From: a virus
IMG/VR virus record: IMGVR_UViG_3300035670_000022
Location: 91,914-155,913 of that record
Direction: 5' to 3' (one strand)
DNA length: 64,000 bases
A program made the position numbers and the translations under genes. Positions within the stretch are counted from its first letter, which is position 1. Each line of letters begins with the position of its first letter. The notes below the pieces were generated by a model that worked only from the letters and a program-made list of their open reading frames with translations, made no database searches and was not told where the DNA came from. Below, piece after piece: positions 32,308 to 41,427 of this stretch.

Positions 32308-35220
32308 ATGGTTAATTTCTACCCTTCTGTGTCTTTTAGCACGAAGGTCATCGCGCCTCAACCACGTGCTTTACCTTGGCGCAGCACTATCGGCGTGGTT
32401 GGTGAGTTTTCCCGAGGACCTGTGGGTGCTCGTCGTATTAATGCTGATGATATTCGTACTGTCTACGGCTACGATGCTAGTTCCGGCGCTGTTGCTGCTA
32501 TCCAAGCAATGACCATGGGTGCTGGTGAGTTTGTTATTAGTCGCGCTGTTGCTGGTAATACTCCGGCACGGACTTCGATCTTGTTAGGTTCTAAGAATCC
32601 TACTAACGTTCCTGGTGCTGTCGGCTTAAAGTTGTCTTCGCCTGTCGACTTAAATCCCATCACTGATAATGAGAATTACACCATTGGCTTGACCCTTGAT
32701 GTTAACTATGTTGGTGAACCGTTAGTAAGTCGTACTCTGTATGAAACGGTTTCGACTAAAGCGACTCGCATCAATCATACTAACTTTGTCAACGAACAGG
32801 CTAATCTGTACATTTTTGCCACCAACTTTAAACAAGGTGGCACTACGGTTCGACAACAGGATGCGGCTCATTCTTTGACCCTCAACGTGTCTGCGGGCGC
32901 GGTTGGAGATCACCAGATTATCACTATTCCAGTAACAGATAGTGTCACTAATGAGATTGACGAAGAAGCGCCGAATATTAAACCTGGCTATATCTTTGAG
33001 CGGGCTGAAGATGTCGGCAACTCTCTAAGTCTTGTTCGGCTTCTTATTCTTTCTACTCCCTACAAAGTCAATGACAATGAGTGGGGTGTGTTGGTTGAGA
33101 ACCTTACTGAGACTCTTAGTGAAGACGCAGTTCTTGACTTTAAGATTAAAGACCCTCCGGAAAGTTACTACATTTTTGGGTATAATCTCCAAACCACTAG
33201 CGGTCGCGGACTTGTCCCTGAAACTGTTGGTGCTTACTACTTCTTAAAACCCAACGAAATCTACGATGACGGTTACAACGAGAACACTGTTCACTCCTAC
33301 TTTGCTGTTAAAGCAATGAGTTCTGGAGTTGACATTCCGTTTAAGTATGATGTTTCTTTGCTTAGCACTATTTCTGCTAAGACTGCTCTGTTGCGTGAAG
33401 ATTTTGGTAGTACTGCTGACGAAGGCATCCATATGGTTTTTGGTGAACCCATCAGTGATGGATCTCCTGGTCATATCCGAGTGGCACTTAAAGGGGCCTT
33501 TGTTATTCCTTTTGCTGTTGGTAGTGCCACAGCGGGTAGCACCAGTGCCAGCAGCTCTCTGGCTTTTAAAGTCGGCACAAGTTTTGCTGACTGTCTTAAA
33601 GAGTTACGGACGGCAATCTACTCTGAGATTGTTCTTAGTTCCTTAATCTCGGAAGCTGAAGTCACCTCTTCTGTTTATCCTTACTCTTTAACCCTAGAGA
33701 CGGCAGTAGAGGGATCCTCTGCTAATCGCATTCAGTATCGTGTTGTTCGGCACTTTGCTGGGGTAGAGGGTAGTGTAGAAGACGCATTCGTGCGTATTGA
33801 AGCCACCACTTTTGACACAACTGAGTTTAATACCTATAAGAACTTTAAGGGTGCGTACAGTGGACCTGTCGGCGGCTATCGTGAGTTTTATAGCTTAGAT
33901 GGAACGCCTATCATTCGTGTAACGGCGGTTAGCCCTGGGGTTCAAAACCTGCGGGTTAGTCTTCAAACGAGTCCGATGTCCTCTGACGAGAATCCTTTGA
34001 TGATTCTAAATGTGTCTGCCACTCAAGATGGCAACGTGCTTTTAGAATCAGGTCAAATCCGCATGGATGCTATTGACGCAACAAGTGGTCTATTCATCAA
34101 TACTGGGTTGACCGCTGTCAATGTCTTCTTCATGCCTTTGATTGAGCCTGCCGGTGGTACTATCAACCCCTCTCTTTACTCTTTCTTACCTTTACGTACA
34201 GCTCCTCCGTTAGGCGCTATCTCGTCTGACTTAAATACTGGTGCTACTGCTGTTTCTTCTGCCGGCACTTCCGTTCTTCAGAATCTACCTCTAATTGAGG
34301 CTCGGGACTCTGTTGCTTCTGATGAAGAGTCGCTACTAGAAATCCGCAAGCATGCCTATTTACAGGCTGTTAAGGCACTGGCAAGTGAAGACATTGCGTT
34401 CTTAATCATCGCTGGTTTACCTTACGGTAACTCCGTCTATAAGGAAGTGTTTGATGAAGCCTTTGATCAGGCTAAACGGGCAACTACTGAAGTTGGACTG
34501 CGTCAGGTATTTGTTGAGGCTCCCTACAATATGTCGCCCCGACAAGCTAACTTCTTGAGTGCTTCTGTCCGTAGTGAGTTGGTCACGATTGTAAACGGGC
34601 ATATCACTATGGGTTTAGGCAACGGAACCTATGCCTCTCGGGTCGGATTAACGGGTTACTACGCTGGTATTCTTTCCAGTCGTCCTCCCCATATTGCTCC
34701 CCATGCTAATTATGGTGGTCAATACTTGCGTGAGGTTCTTAACTCTACTGCTAAGTCGGATCCGGATAGCAAAAACTTCTACTCTTTGGGTCGCGTCGAG
34801 TCTTTGCACTTTGATCGGGGTCTTAATCGCTGGAAGTTTCTTAACGGGTTGACTACTTCTAATGATCCGACTCAACGCTACGTGTCTGTTGTTCGTTTAC
34901 GACTACAGATCATGAGTGATCTTCAAAACTATCTACAGTGGGTTCTCTCCCAGCCAAACACGAGAGCACTCCAAAGAAAAGTAGAAACAGCAGCGGCTAC
35001 CTATATGGATACTCGTCTGCAAGAAGGCTGGCTTTTACGGTTGGGACCCGTTGTTTGTAACGAGACCAACAACTCAGAACGTGATATGGCCCAAGGCAAA
35101 CTCTTCCTTGAGATTAGTTATGTACCTATTGTTCCCGCAGACTTTATCTTCGTGAACATCACCGAGGACTACACTCTTCTCGACAACTTAGAGTTCAACA
35201 CCTTACCCGCCCGTTCTTAG
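32308..35220 (+). CDS. Tail sheath protein (970 aa)
   Basis: N-terminal IGVVGEFSRGP; C-terminal RYVSVVRL...QPNT...VCNETNN...YVPIVPADFI sheath signature; GAGG RBS. Confidence 0.9.
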   Translation: MVNFYPSVSFSTKVIAPQPRALPWRSTIGVVGEFSRGPVGARRINADDIRTVYGYDASSGAVAAIQAMTMGAGEFVISRAVAGNTPARTSILLGSKNPTNVPGAVGLKLSSPVDLNPITDNENYTIGLTLDVNYVGEPLVSRTLYETVSTKATRINHTNFVNEQANLYIFATNFKQGGTTVRQQDAAHSLTLNVSAGAVGDHQIITIPVTDSVTNEIDEEAPNIKPGYIFERAEDVGNSLSLVRLLILSTPYKVNDNEWGVLVENLTETLSEDAVLDFKIKDPPESYYIFGYNLQTTSGRGLVPETVGAYYFLKPNEIYDDGYNENTVHSYFAVKAMSSGVDIPFKYDVSLLSTISAKTALLREDFGSTADEGIHMVFGEPISDGSPGHIRVALKGAFVIPFAVGSATAGSTSASSSLAFKVGTSFADCLKELRTAIYSEIVLSSLISEAEVTSSVYPYSLTLETAVEGSSANRIQYRVVRHFAGVEGSVEDAFVRIEATTFDTTEFNTYKNFKGAYSGPVGGYREFYSLDGTPIIRVTAVSPGVQNLRVSLQTSPMSSDENPLMILNVSATQDGNVLLESGQIRMDAIDATSGLFINTGLTAVNVFFMPLIEPAGGTINPSLYSFLPLRTAPPLGAISSDLNTGATAVSSAGTSVLQNLPLIEARDSVASDEESLLEIRKHAYLQAVKALASEDIAFLIIAGLPYGNSVYKEVFDEAFDQAKRATTEVGLRQVFVEAPYNMSPRQANFLSASVRSELVTIVNGHITMGLGNGTYASRVGLTGYYAGILSSRPPHIAPHANYGGQYLREVLNSTAKSDPDSKNFYSLGRVESLHFDRGLNRWKFLNGLTTSNDPTQRYVSVVRLRLQIMSDLQNYLQWVLSQPNTRALQRKVETAAATYMDTRLQEGWLLRLGPVVCNETNNSERDMAQGKLFLEISYVPIVPADFIFVNITEDYTLLDNLEFNTLPARS

Positions 35221-35229
35221 GTTGAAAGC

Positions 35230-35249
35230 AAGGGTGCCGCAGCACCCTT
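35230..35249. promoter_or_regulatory. Intergenic stem-loop between sheath and tube
   Basis: AAGGGTGC-CGCA-GCACCCTT, no U-tract. Confidence 0.45.
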
Positions 35250-35277
35250 AGCATCTATATTACTTTGGTGATCTCTT

Positions 35278-36078
35278 ATGGCTATTGCATCTAATTTGAC
35301 AGGTAACTCTGTTAATAACGGACGTCGTACTCCGTTTCAGGGTTTTGATGTATCTATCTATGTACAAGACCAAGCCACTGGCACTTTAATTCCGTTTGGC
35401 GAATTTACCGGGTTTCAACACGTTGTTCGTAACGCGTCTGAACCCTATCTTCCTTTGGGCAACCGCACCATGAACATTCTTGATGGGGAGTTTCAGATTG
35501 GTTGGGTTGCTGAGCAAGGCAAGATTAATCTGGAAGCTATGCGCCACGTTTTTGGTTTTTCTGTTATTGGTCCTGTGGTTCGCTTAGGGCGCTCGCCTCG
35601 GTTCCAGATCGTTGTTGAGTATAACGCTCCTGACTTAGAAGAAAAGCCTAACCAGAACAACCAGTTCTTGTATAACGATCTTTATGCTAACTCTTTGAAT
35701 CCGACTCGTAACACTTATGGAGATGATGAAACGGAACCTACTGCAGAACAACTTACGAGTGTGCTAGAGTTAACTACTCAGGTATCCAATCGTGTAACGG
35801 CTGGTCGATACGTTTTTGGTTACTGCAAGATTGATGCGTTTACCACCGGTATTATGGCTGGACGGACGGCGGTTGCAGACCGAATTGAAGGGTTAGCCGA
35901 GACTTGGTATTGGCGTCCGTTTACTGGCGGTGAGACCCCTGTTTCCAAGAAAATTGTTTTGGATAATGAGGCGAACCAAAAATCTTACTTTAAAGGTTCG
36001 GCGGGATTCACGCCGCTTCAAATTCCGGCTTGGGCATACGAGTCTTCAGGGACAGTTTATAAAGCTTCTGGCACATAA
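35278..36078 (+). CDS. Tail tube protein
   Basis: Directly follows the sheath; EPYLPLG...ILDGEFQI and YVFGYCKID pattern. Confidence 0.75.
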   Translation: MAIASNLTGNSVNNGRRTPFQGFDVSIYVQDQATGTLIPFGEFTGFQHVVRNASEPYLPLGNRTMNILDGEFQIGWVAEQGKINLEAMRHVFGFSVIGPVVRLGRSPRFQIVVEYNAPDLEEKPNQNNQFLYNDLYANSLNPTRNTYGDDETEPTAEQLTSVLELTTQVSNRVTAGRYVFGYCKIDAFTTGIMAGRTAVADRIEGLAETWYWRPFTGGETPVSKKIVLDNEANQKSYFKGSAGFTPLQIPAWAYESSGTVYKASGT

Positions 36079-36106
36079 TTCTGTTCTTTCTATTAATTGA
36101 CTTTAA

Positions 36107-36138
36107 AGAAGCGGGTGGTTACGTAACCACCCGCTTCT
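36107..36138. promoter_or_regulatory. Perfect 32-bp palindrome after the tube gene
   Basis: AGAAGCGGGTGGTTAC|GTAACCACCCGCTTCT, followed by GCTAAGCT. Confidence 0.6.
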
Positions 36139-36169
36139 GCTAAGCTGTCGGAAGATAGCTAGCGACATT

Positions 36170-39055
36170 GTGCATATGGATCTCGCCTACTCAACCATTA
36201 AAGACGGTCAGTACGATATTGGAGCAAGATGTCATCAGCAGAGGCAAGGCGCTGTACCTGTGTGGGTAGTTACAGATACTCACGGTAATATTCTTATCAA
36301 TAATCAAGCCAGTCGAGAAAATGGACACACTTGGGTTGTGTCCAAAGGACGTATCACGGTTACTCGTTTTTGGTCTGCCTCTACAGCTATGATTGTTTGC
36401 TGCGTGGAGCATCTTAATCCTGATGCGACTAAAGGCATCTACACCCCTTTTCCAGAACTATCTCGAGATGCCACTCGTATCTTAGCAGGCGGAACTACGT
36501 ACGGTAAGATTGACTATCCCCTAGATAAAAATGATGAGATTTGCATCTGGTGTGGATATATAGAGATGCTGCGTCCCGTTACTATTAACGATTTAAAAGC
36601 AGGAAACTTACTTCGCACATTTGTTGGCGTAGTCGACACTATTGTTGGTTCTGGTGGAGCTAACCAGGGTTCAACTCTTATCATTCAGTGTCGAGATAGA
36701 ATGAAGTACTTAATGGATTCTCTCTCTACTTATAACTCTACTGACTCGTCTCCGTTAGGACTTCGAAATGAGGCGCCTGAAGGCGACCAGACCGGATTAG
36801 ACACGGCTTCTAAAGAGGGTAAGAAAATAAGTCGAGTCGAAGTTTTACTTGAGATAGCGCGACGCTCTATTGGACACTTACAAAATGCCTATTCTATAAG
36901 CGTTAAAAGTCTAGGCGTAAGCGGTAATCCCTGTGACAGCGTTTGTGGTTTAAGAATTTCTGAGGGGTATACCCGTGATTTTATCTCTGATGTCGAGTCA
37001 GATGATGATATCTATGCAGTATATGACGCTCCATTAGGAACCCGCGATTATTTTGGTGTAGAGCCTACTAGTTTTACTGACCCTCCACCTAAAACATCGT
37101 ATTTACCGTCAGGAGCCAATGTCGGTTGGGTAGATGATTCTCGTTTAAATGTACGAGAGCAGATCGACAAATATTATAAATTAAGCAAAATGTATAATCT
37201 GCCCTCTACCCAGAATATTTTTAATAACATTGGTAACTCGTTGAATGAAACGCCAGAAACTGTTCAACGAATGAGAGAGACGTTTCTTAAAGAATATGAA
37301 GAGGCATATGGGAAGCCTTTTGAAGAGCCTGTAGAGCAGCAGACAGATCGAGAGGCTAATGCCCGCCGCATGTTAGATGAAGTAGATAGTTCGTTGAATA
37401 CTAAGCAGCTATTCTCTAAGTATTACGGCTTGTGGTCGACTGTGCTTTTCCTAGATAGACAGATGATTCCTGCTGATGTTATTGGTAATCCTCAAAAGAT
37501 GAAAGAGTTTTTCTTGCGACGATATAAACAGGATAAAGGCGTGGAGTATGCTACGACGATACCTGAGTTTCAAGAGGGACTAGATAAAATAGATCAAGCT
37601 AAGGAAAGTGCAACCACGCCGTTTATTGGGGGCACTACTGTCACTCCTTCTGGACTTACAGATGTGGAACTAGCCATTCGAGCGCGACATCCTGCCATGA
37701 ATATTATTACGGGTCGATACCCGTTTGATATTGGAGCAACTGGTAATAATTTTGCAGGCATGTCAGCGCAAGTGACTGACCGAATCGCGCTTGAATATAT
37801 TAAGTTTTTAGCCATGCAAGAGCCTTGGCCTACAGAATTCTTCTGTGATCACCGCTCTGGGGAGTATTGGTACGCGCCGCGTGGTTTAGATATTACTGGT
37901 TTAGAAGATCCTAAACGGTTTTATCGGACTTATTTTATGCGGCATGCGTCAGAAGAGGCACTTGCTTATCTTCGACAAGAGTATGCACACCCATGTCAGG
38001 CTCTTCTTCTTTTTCGGGAAGAGTCTTCTAGCATTAACTGGCGTAGCAACATTATTGTTACCAACACACCAAGTAATAATTCTGCTGAGGGTGTTGCCGT
38101 TCATCTTAAAACTGTACCGCCATTCCTAAAGGGAAGGGCTTTTGCTTGCACTTACTATACTGTGAATGACGAGACTATCTCGGATAACGACTCAACGGCT
38201 CTCTTTGCTACAGCTTTAGCCTTTGCTCGTCTTTACGGGAAAGAGTTAAAGGCTGCTTCTATGCACATTGTTGGAGATCCTTCTCTTTGTCCTGGGGAGT
38301 GTGTTCAGGTGCTGGGGTCTAGTTTGTATGGTGGCGGCTATTTACCCGCTTTACAGGACAAAACCAAAACACAATGGCGATGGGATCGTGATGCAATCAC
38401 TGATTACTACGGTGACTACAAAGACATACATAAAGAGCTGCTCCAAGATCTGCGCACATCTTCTGATTCTGGGCAGCCATTGTCTGAAGAGCAGATGGAT
38501 AAGGTTCTAAGAGAGTCTTTTGCTGCAGGGTCTTCTAGTAGTAATGATGAGTCTTCTATGACTCCTAATGAGATTATTGCAAAGTACTCTGACTTAGCGC
38601 AGAAGGAAGGTATCAGTATCCCCTCTCTAGCTGGGGCATCTGACGCAGAGAAAGCTACGTCTCTTAAAGAAGAGTACCTTAAGGCATATCAGCAAAAGTA
38701 CAACAAGTTGCCGGACGACCAGAATGCTCAAACTTCTTCTACCAATCCTGCTACTGATTCTTCTACCAATCCTGCTACCGATTCTTCTACCAATCCTGAA
38801 AAGACTAACACTCTTCGCGCTTTACAGAAACAAGCGAAGGATACTGCTCCAGTGTTGACTTCGACACTTACTCAAGCGGAATTAATGTGTCCAGCTACTT
38901 TTGTGGGTAATACTGGTAGTAGTAATGTAGACTCACCCATTGATATTCAAGAAGACCCAAAAACCATTTGGCGTGTTGAAGCTATTATTCACAAATTCAA
39001 CGATAGCGCCGGAGATGGGTATAAAACTGAAGTTGCTCTTTTAGCTCCTTGGTAA
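36170..39055 (+). CDS. Baseplate hub protein (gp27/gp44-like) with large insertions
   Basis: FVGVVDTI...IQCRDRMKYL, IVGDPSLCPGECVQV, WRVEAIIHKF...GYKTEV. Confidence 0.7.
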   Translation: MHMDLAYSTIKDGQYDIGARCHQQRQGAVPVWVVTDTHGNILINNQASRENGHTWVVSKGRITVTRFWSASTAMIVCCVEHLNPDATKGIYTPFPELSRDATRILAGGTTYGKIDYPLDKNDEICIWCGYIEMLRPVTINDLKAGNLLRTFVGVVDTIVGSGGANQGSTLIIQCRDRMKYLMDSLSTYNSTDSSPLGLRNEAPEGDQTGLDTASKEGKKISRVEVLLEIARRSIGHLQNAYSISVKSLGVSGNPCDSVCGLRISEGYTRDFISDVESDDDIYAVYDAPLGTRDYFGVEPTSFTDPPPKTSYLPSGANVGWVDDSRLNVREQIDKYYKLSKMYNLPSTQNIFNNIGNSLNETPETVQRMRETFLKEYEEAYGKPFEEPVEQQTDREANARRMLDEVDSSLNTKQLFSKYYGLWSTVLFLDRQMIPADVIGNPQKMKEFFLRRYKQDKGVEYATTIPEFQEGLDKIDQAKESATTPFIGGTTVTPSGLTDVELAIRARHPAMNIITGRYPFDIGATGNNFAGMSAQVTDRIALEYIKFLAMQEPWPTEFFCDHRSGEYWYAPRGLDITGLEDPKRFYRTYFMRHASEEALAYLRQEYAHPCQALLLFREESSSINWRSNIIVTNTPSNNSAEGVAVHLKTVPPFLKGRAFACTYYTVNDETISDNDSTALFATALAFARLYGKELKAASMHIVGDPSLCPGECVQVLGSSLYGGGYLPALQDKTKTQWRWDRDAITDYYGDYKDIHKELLQDLRTSSDSGQPLSEEQMDKVLRESFAAGSSSSNDESSMTPNEIIAKYSDLAQKEGISIPSLAGASDAEKATSLKEEYLKAYQQKYNKLPDDQNAQTSSTNPATDSSTNPATDSSTNPEKTNTLRALQKQAKDTAPVLTSTLTQAELMCPATFVGNTGSSNVDSPIDIQEDPKTIWRVEAIIHKFNDSAGDGYKTEVALLAPW
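38735..38798. repeat. 24-bp tandem repeat (x2.7) encoding SSTNPATD
   Basis: TCTTCTACCAATCCTGCTACYGAT units. Confidence 0.9.
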
Positions 39056-39059
39056 ACTG

Positions 39060-39560
39060 ATGATTACAAGTGACACTTCTTCTAGCATTGGACGCAGTGG
39101 CGTTCGTCCAGCTCCGCATTCTACTTTTGCTTACAACACTAATCAAATAGCTACTGCTAGAGATGGGGTTGTAGTGAAGACCGGTGCTGGAGAAAATTTT
39201 GAAGCTTCTGTTTATGTTTACGTTTTTAGAACCAAAGAGGTTCTAAGAGTTACCGCAGCTCAGGCTTCTTCTGCCTCTAACAATGGTGTGGGTTCCTGGG
39301 AACCTTATTATCCTGGAGATTACGTTACTATCTCGTATTTATATGGTGACTCTAATAAGGCCTATATCTCGGGTCGGAATTATAGAGTACATGGATTAAG
39401 CGAGGAGATGCTATCAGAAGACGACGATATTCCGTTACCTCAGCCAGATACTTTATCACCGACTGGAGTGCCTATTAATCCTATTCCTACAACGGTGATT
39501 GGCGTGCCGCCTTTGTACAGCGGTTTTGTTTCTATGAAGACTTGGGGTACGATTCTGTGA
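39060..39560 (+). CDS. Baseplate spike N-terminal OB-fold module (gpV/gp5-like)
   Basis: GVVV...V.V...PYYPGDYVTISYLYGDSNKAYISG; follows the hub. Confidence 0.7.
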   Translation: MITSDTSSSIGRSGVRPAPHSTFAYNTNQIATARDGVVVKTGAGENFEASVYVYVFRTKEVLRVTAAQASSASNNGVGSWEPYYPGDYVTISYLYGDSNKAYISGRNYRVHGLSEEMLSEDDDIPLPQPDTLSPTGVPINPIPTTVIGVPPLYSGFVSMKTWGTIL

Positions 39561-40807
39561 GAGAACAGCGCGTCGGTGCTTTTGAATATTATGACCCGAC
39601 AGGCCGTTACGTTAAGCATGTGCCGAGTCATGTGCAGAATTATATTTCGTCTGGGTCACAAATGGTGACAGCTCCGTTGATCGATACGCGATCTCGGATT
39701 ATTGCTGATTACCTTACTTTTACAGCCTTTAGCGATTTTATTGCCAATGATATAGATACGCTTAAGCCAAAGAAGTTTGACTTTCACCGGATTTATAACC
39801 CGTTAGAGCCAGTAGACCTTGTTTATAAGAATATAACGACGACTCTTAGGCTTGAGTATTTGGAGCAGCTTGAGCAGACGCTAACCGCGGACAAAACAAA
39901 AGAAGAAGTCATTAAGCGAAATTATGACACGTTCGAACAAACTGCTGTCTTTGACTTTGACGGATTTTTGTCTGGGCTGATTGATATAGGGGTGGACTTT
40001 GTTTTAGGACAGGTAAACAAGTTACTTCCTCCTGGTTACCAATTGTCTGTAGATGTAGACTCTTCTGGTTTTAATGGCTTTAGCATAGGAGGGATTGGCT
40101 ACAACGCAAAAGAGAATACTCTGACTTATGACGGGCGGTTGTTCAATGCTTTGTTATCTGGGGGACTTGATTTATTAAACGACCTCCTTCCTGACTTTTT
40201 AGCAGCTGAGTTAGGGCTAAATCAAATTCGTATTGGAAGTATAACTATTGATTTTGACGACATGGAGGAAGGCGTAGAGATTGAAATTTTAGGGCAGGTT
40301 AAGCTAGTCAAAGTATTAAACGAGATTCGCGCCATTATTGGAGGCAAAGAGATAGCTATTGCTAGCACTTTGGCTACGATCGCCGGCGCCGCCGCCAGTG
40401 GTTTTATCAACAAGGGGCTGTCTAGTCTTAACAGAAGTCTTCCAGATGGGCTTAAGGTTGGCGTTAATTTTAAGCCAGGATCGTTTATTCCTTCTGTGTC
40501 TATGGGTCCTGTTACTTTAGATTTACAGACTGGCTCTTTGTCATTGAATATGCCCATGGTGACTTCCATTATCGACGGCGCGTTAAATCGCTACGTCTTT
40601 AGCAAGTTGCCTGGACCTCTAGGAGCCATAGCTAGACTTGCTTGGCGCTCTCTAGATTTGAATGCATTATTCTCACAAATAATTGACGATACGCCTCCTT
40701 CTCCGGAGCAGAATATTACTATTAATCCTGGAGGCGAGTCTGCACTACCTCGGTTAGTTAGCTCTCCGCCTATTGTAGGTAATCTACCTATGGGAGGATA
40801 CGCATGA
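39542..40807 (+). CDS. Hypothetical baseplate-associated protein with internal repeats (start uncertain)
   Basis: TTG start overlapping the spike gene; four G.D/N...N..LP repeats. Confidence 0.55.
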   Translation: MGYDSVREQRVGAFEYYDPTGRYVKHVPSHVQNYISSGSQMVTAPLIDTRSRIIADYLTFTAFSDFIANDIDTLKPKKFDFHRIYNPLEPVDLVYKNITTTLRLEYLEQLEQTLTADKTKEEVIKRNYDTFEQTAVFDFDGFLSGLIDIGVDFVLGQVNKLLPPGYQLSVDVDSSGFNGFSIGGIGYNAKENTLTYDGRLFNALLSGGLDLLNDLLPDFLAAELGLNQIRIGSITIDFDDMEEGVEIEILGQVKLVKVLNEIRAIIGGKEIAIASTLATIAGAAASGFINKGLSSLNRSLPDGLKVGVNFKPGSFIPSVSMGPVTLDLQTGSLSLNMPMVTSIIDGALNRYVFSKLPGPLGAIARLAWRSLDLNALFSQIIDDTPPSPEQNITINPGGESALPRLVSSPPIVGNLPMGGYA

Positions 40808-41427
40808 CGACGCCTAGAGTTGTTTTATCTAATAGTCGACTAGATTTACGACAAGACCGCAGCCTAGCTCTAAAGAGCCTTTTAATTGAGCTGGGTTATT
40901 CTTCCGCTGAAGACTTGGTAAACGAGATTAACAATGTGGTCTTAAATAACAGTTTTTTTGGATATTTGCGTCTACCTATTTATCTAAGACACCCGACCCT
41001 CTCTGTTTGTTGTCATCTTTTCTGCTACTTATACGACTTTATCCCCAGACAGGCGCTGATTCAATCTGCAATAACTTCCGCGCCTGGCTTCTCCTCTGGT
41101 ATATCTGGTATTTTAGATCAACTTATTACGACCGACTTTAGTAATTATCCAGACCTTCTAGAGACTCTGGAAGTCTCTTCTTTAGATGTTTTTAGTATTC
41201 TTCAAGAGCCTGTTGCTTTTACGAATTGGATAACAGCTAATTGGGCTGAGTTCGAGTCTTTTGCGAGTGCCATTCGGGATAAGAACACGTCTAAGCTGGT
41301 CTTAAGCGTTCTGCAGCTTGATCCCTATCTTAAATTAAGGGTTACCGATAACCTAGATAAAGAGATCACCTACTGGTCAGATATTACCTTCAAGCAGCAA
41401 GTCTTCGGGAGTGATTACCACGCGTGA
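40804..41427 (+). CDS. Hypothetical protein
   Basis: 207-aa ORF with 4-nt overlaps on both sides. Confidence 0.55.
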   Translation: MTTPRVVLSNSRLDLRQDRSLALKSLLIELGYSSAEDLVNEINNVVLNNSFFGYLRLPIYLRHPTLSVCCHLFCYLYDFIPRQALIQSAITSAPGFSSGISGILDQLITTDFSNYPDLLETLEVSSLDVFSILQEPVAFTNWITANWAEFESFASAIRDKNTSKLVLSVLQLDPYLKLRVTDNLDKEITYWSDITFKQQVFGSDYHA

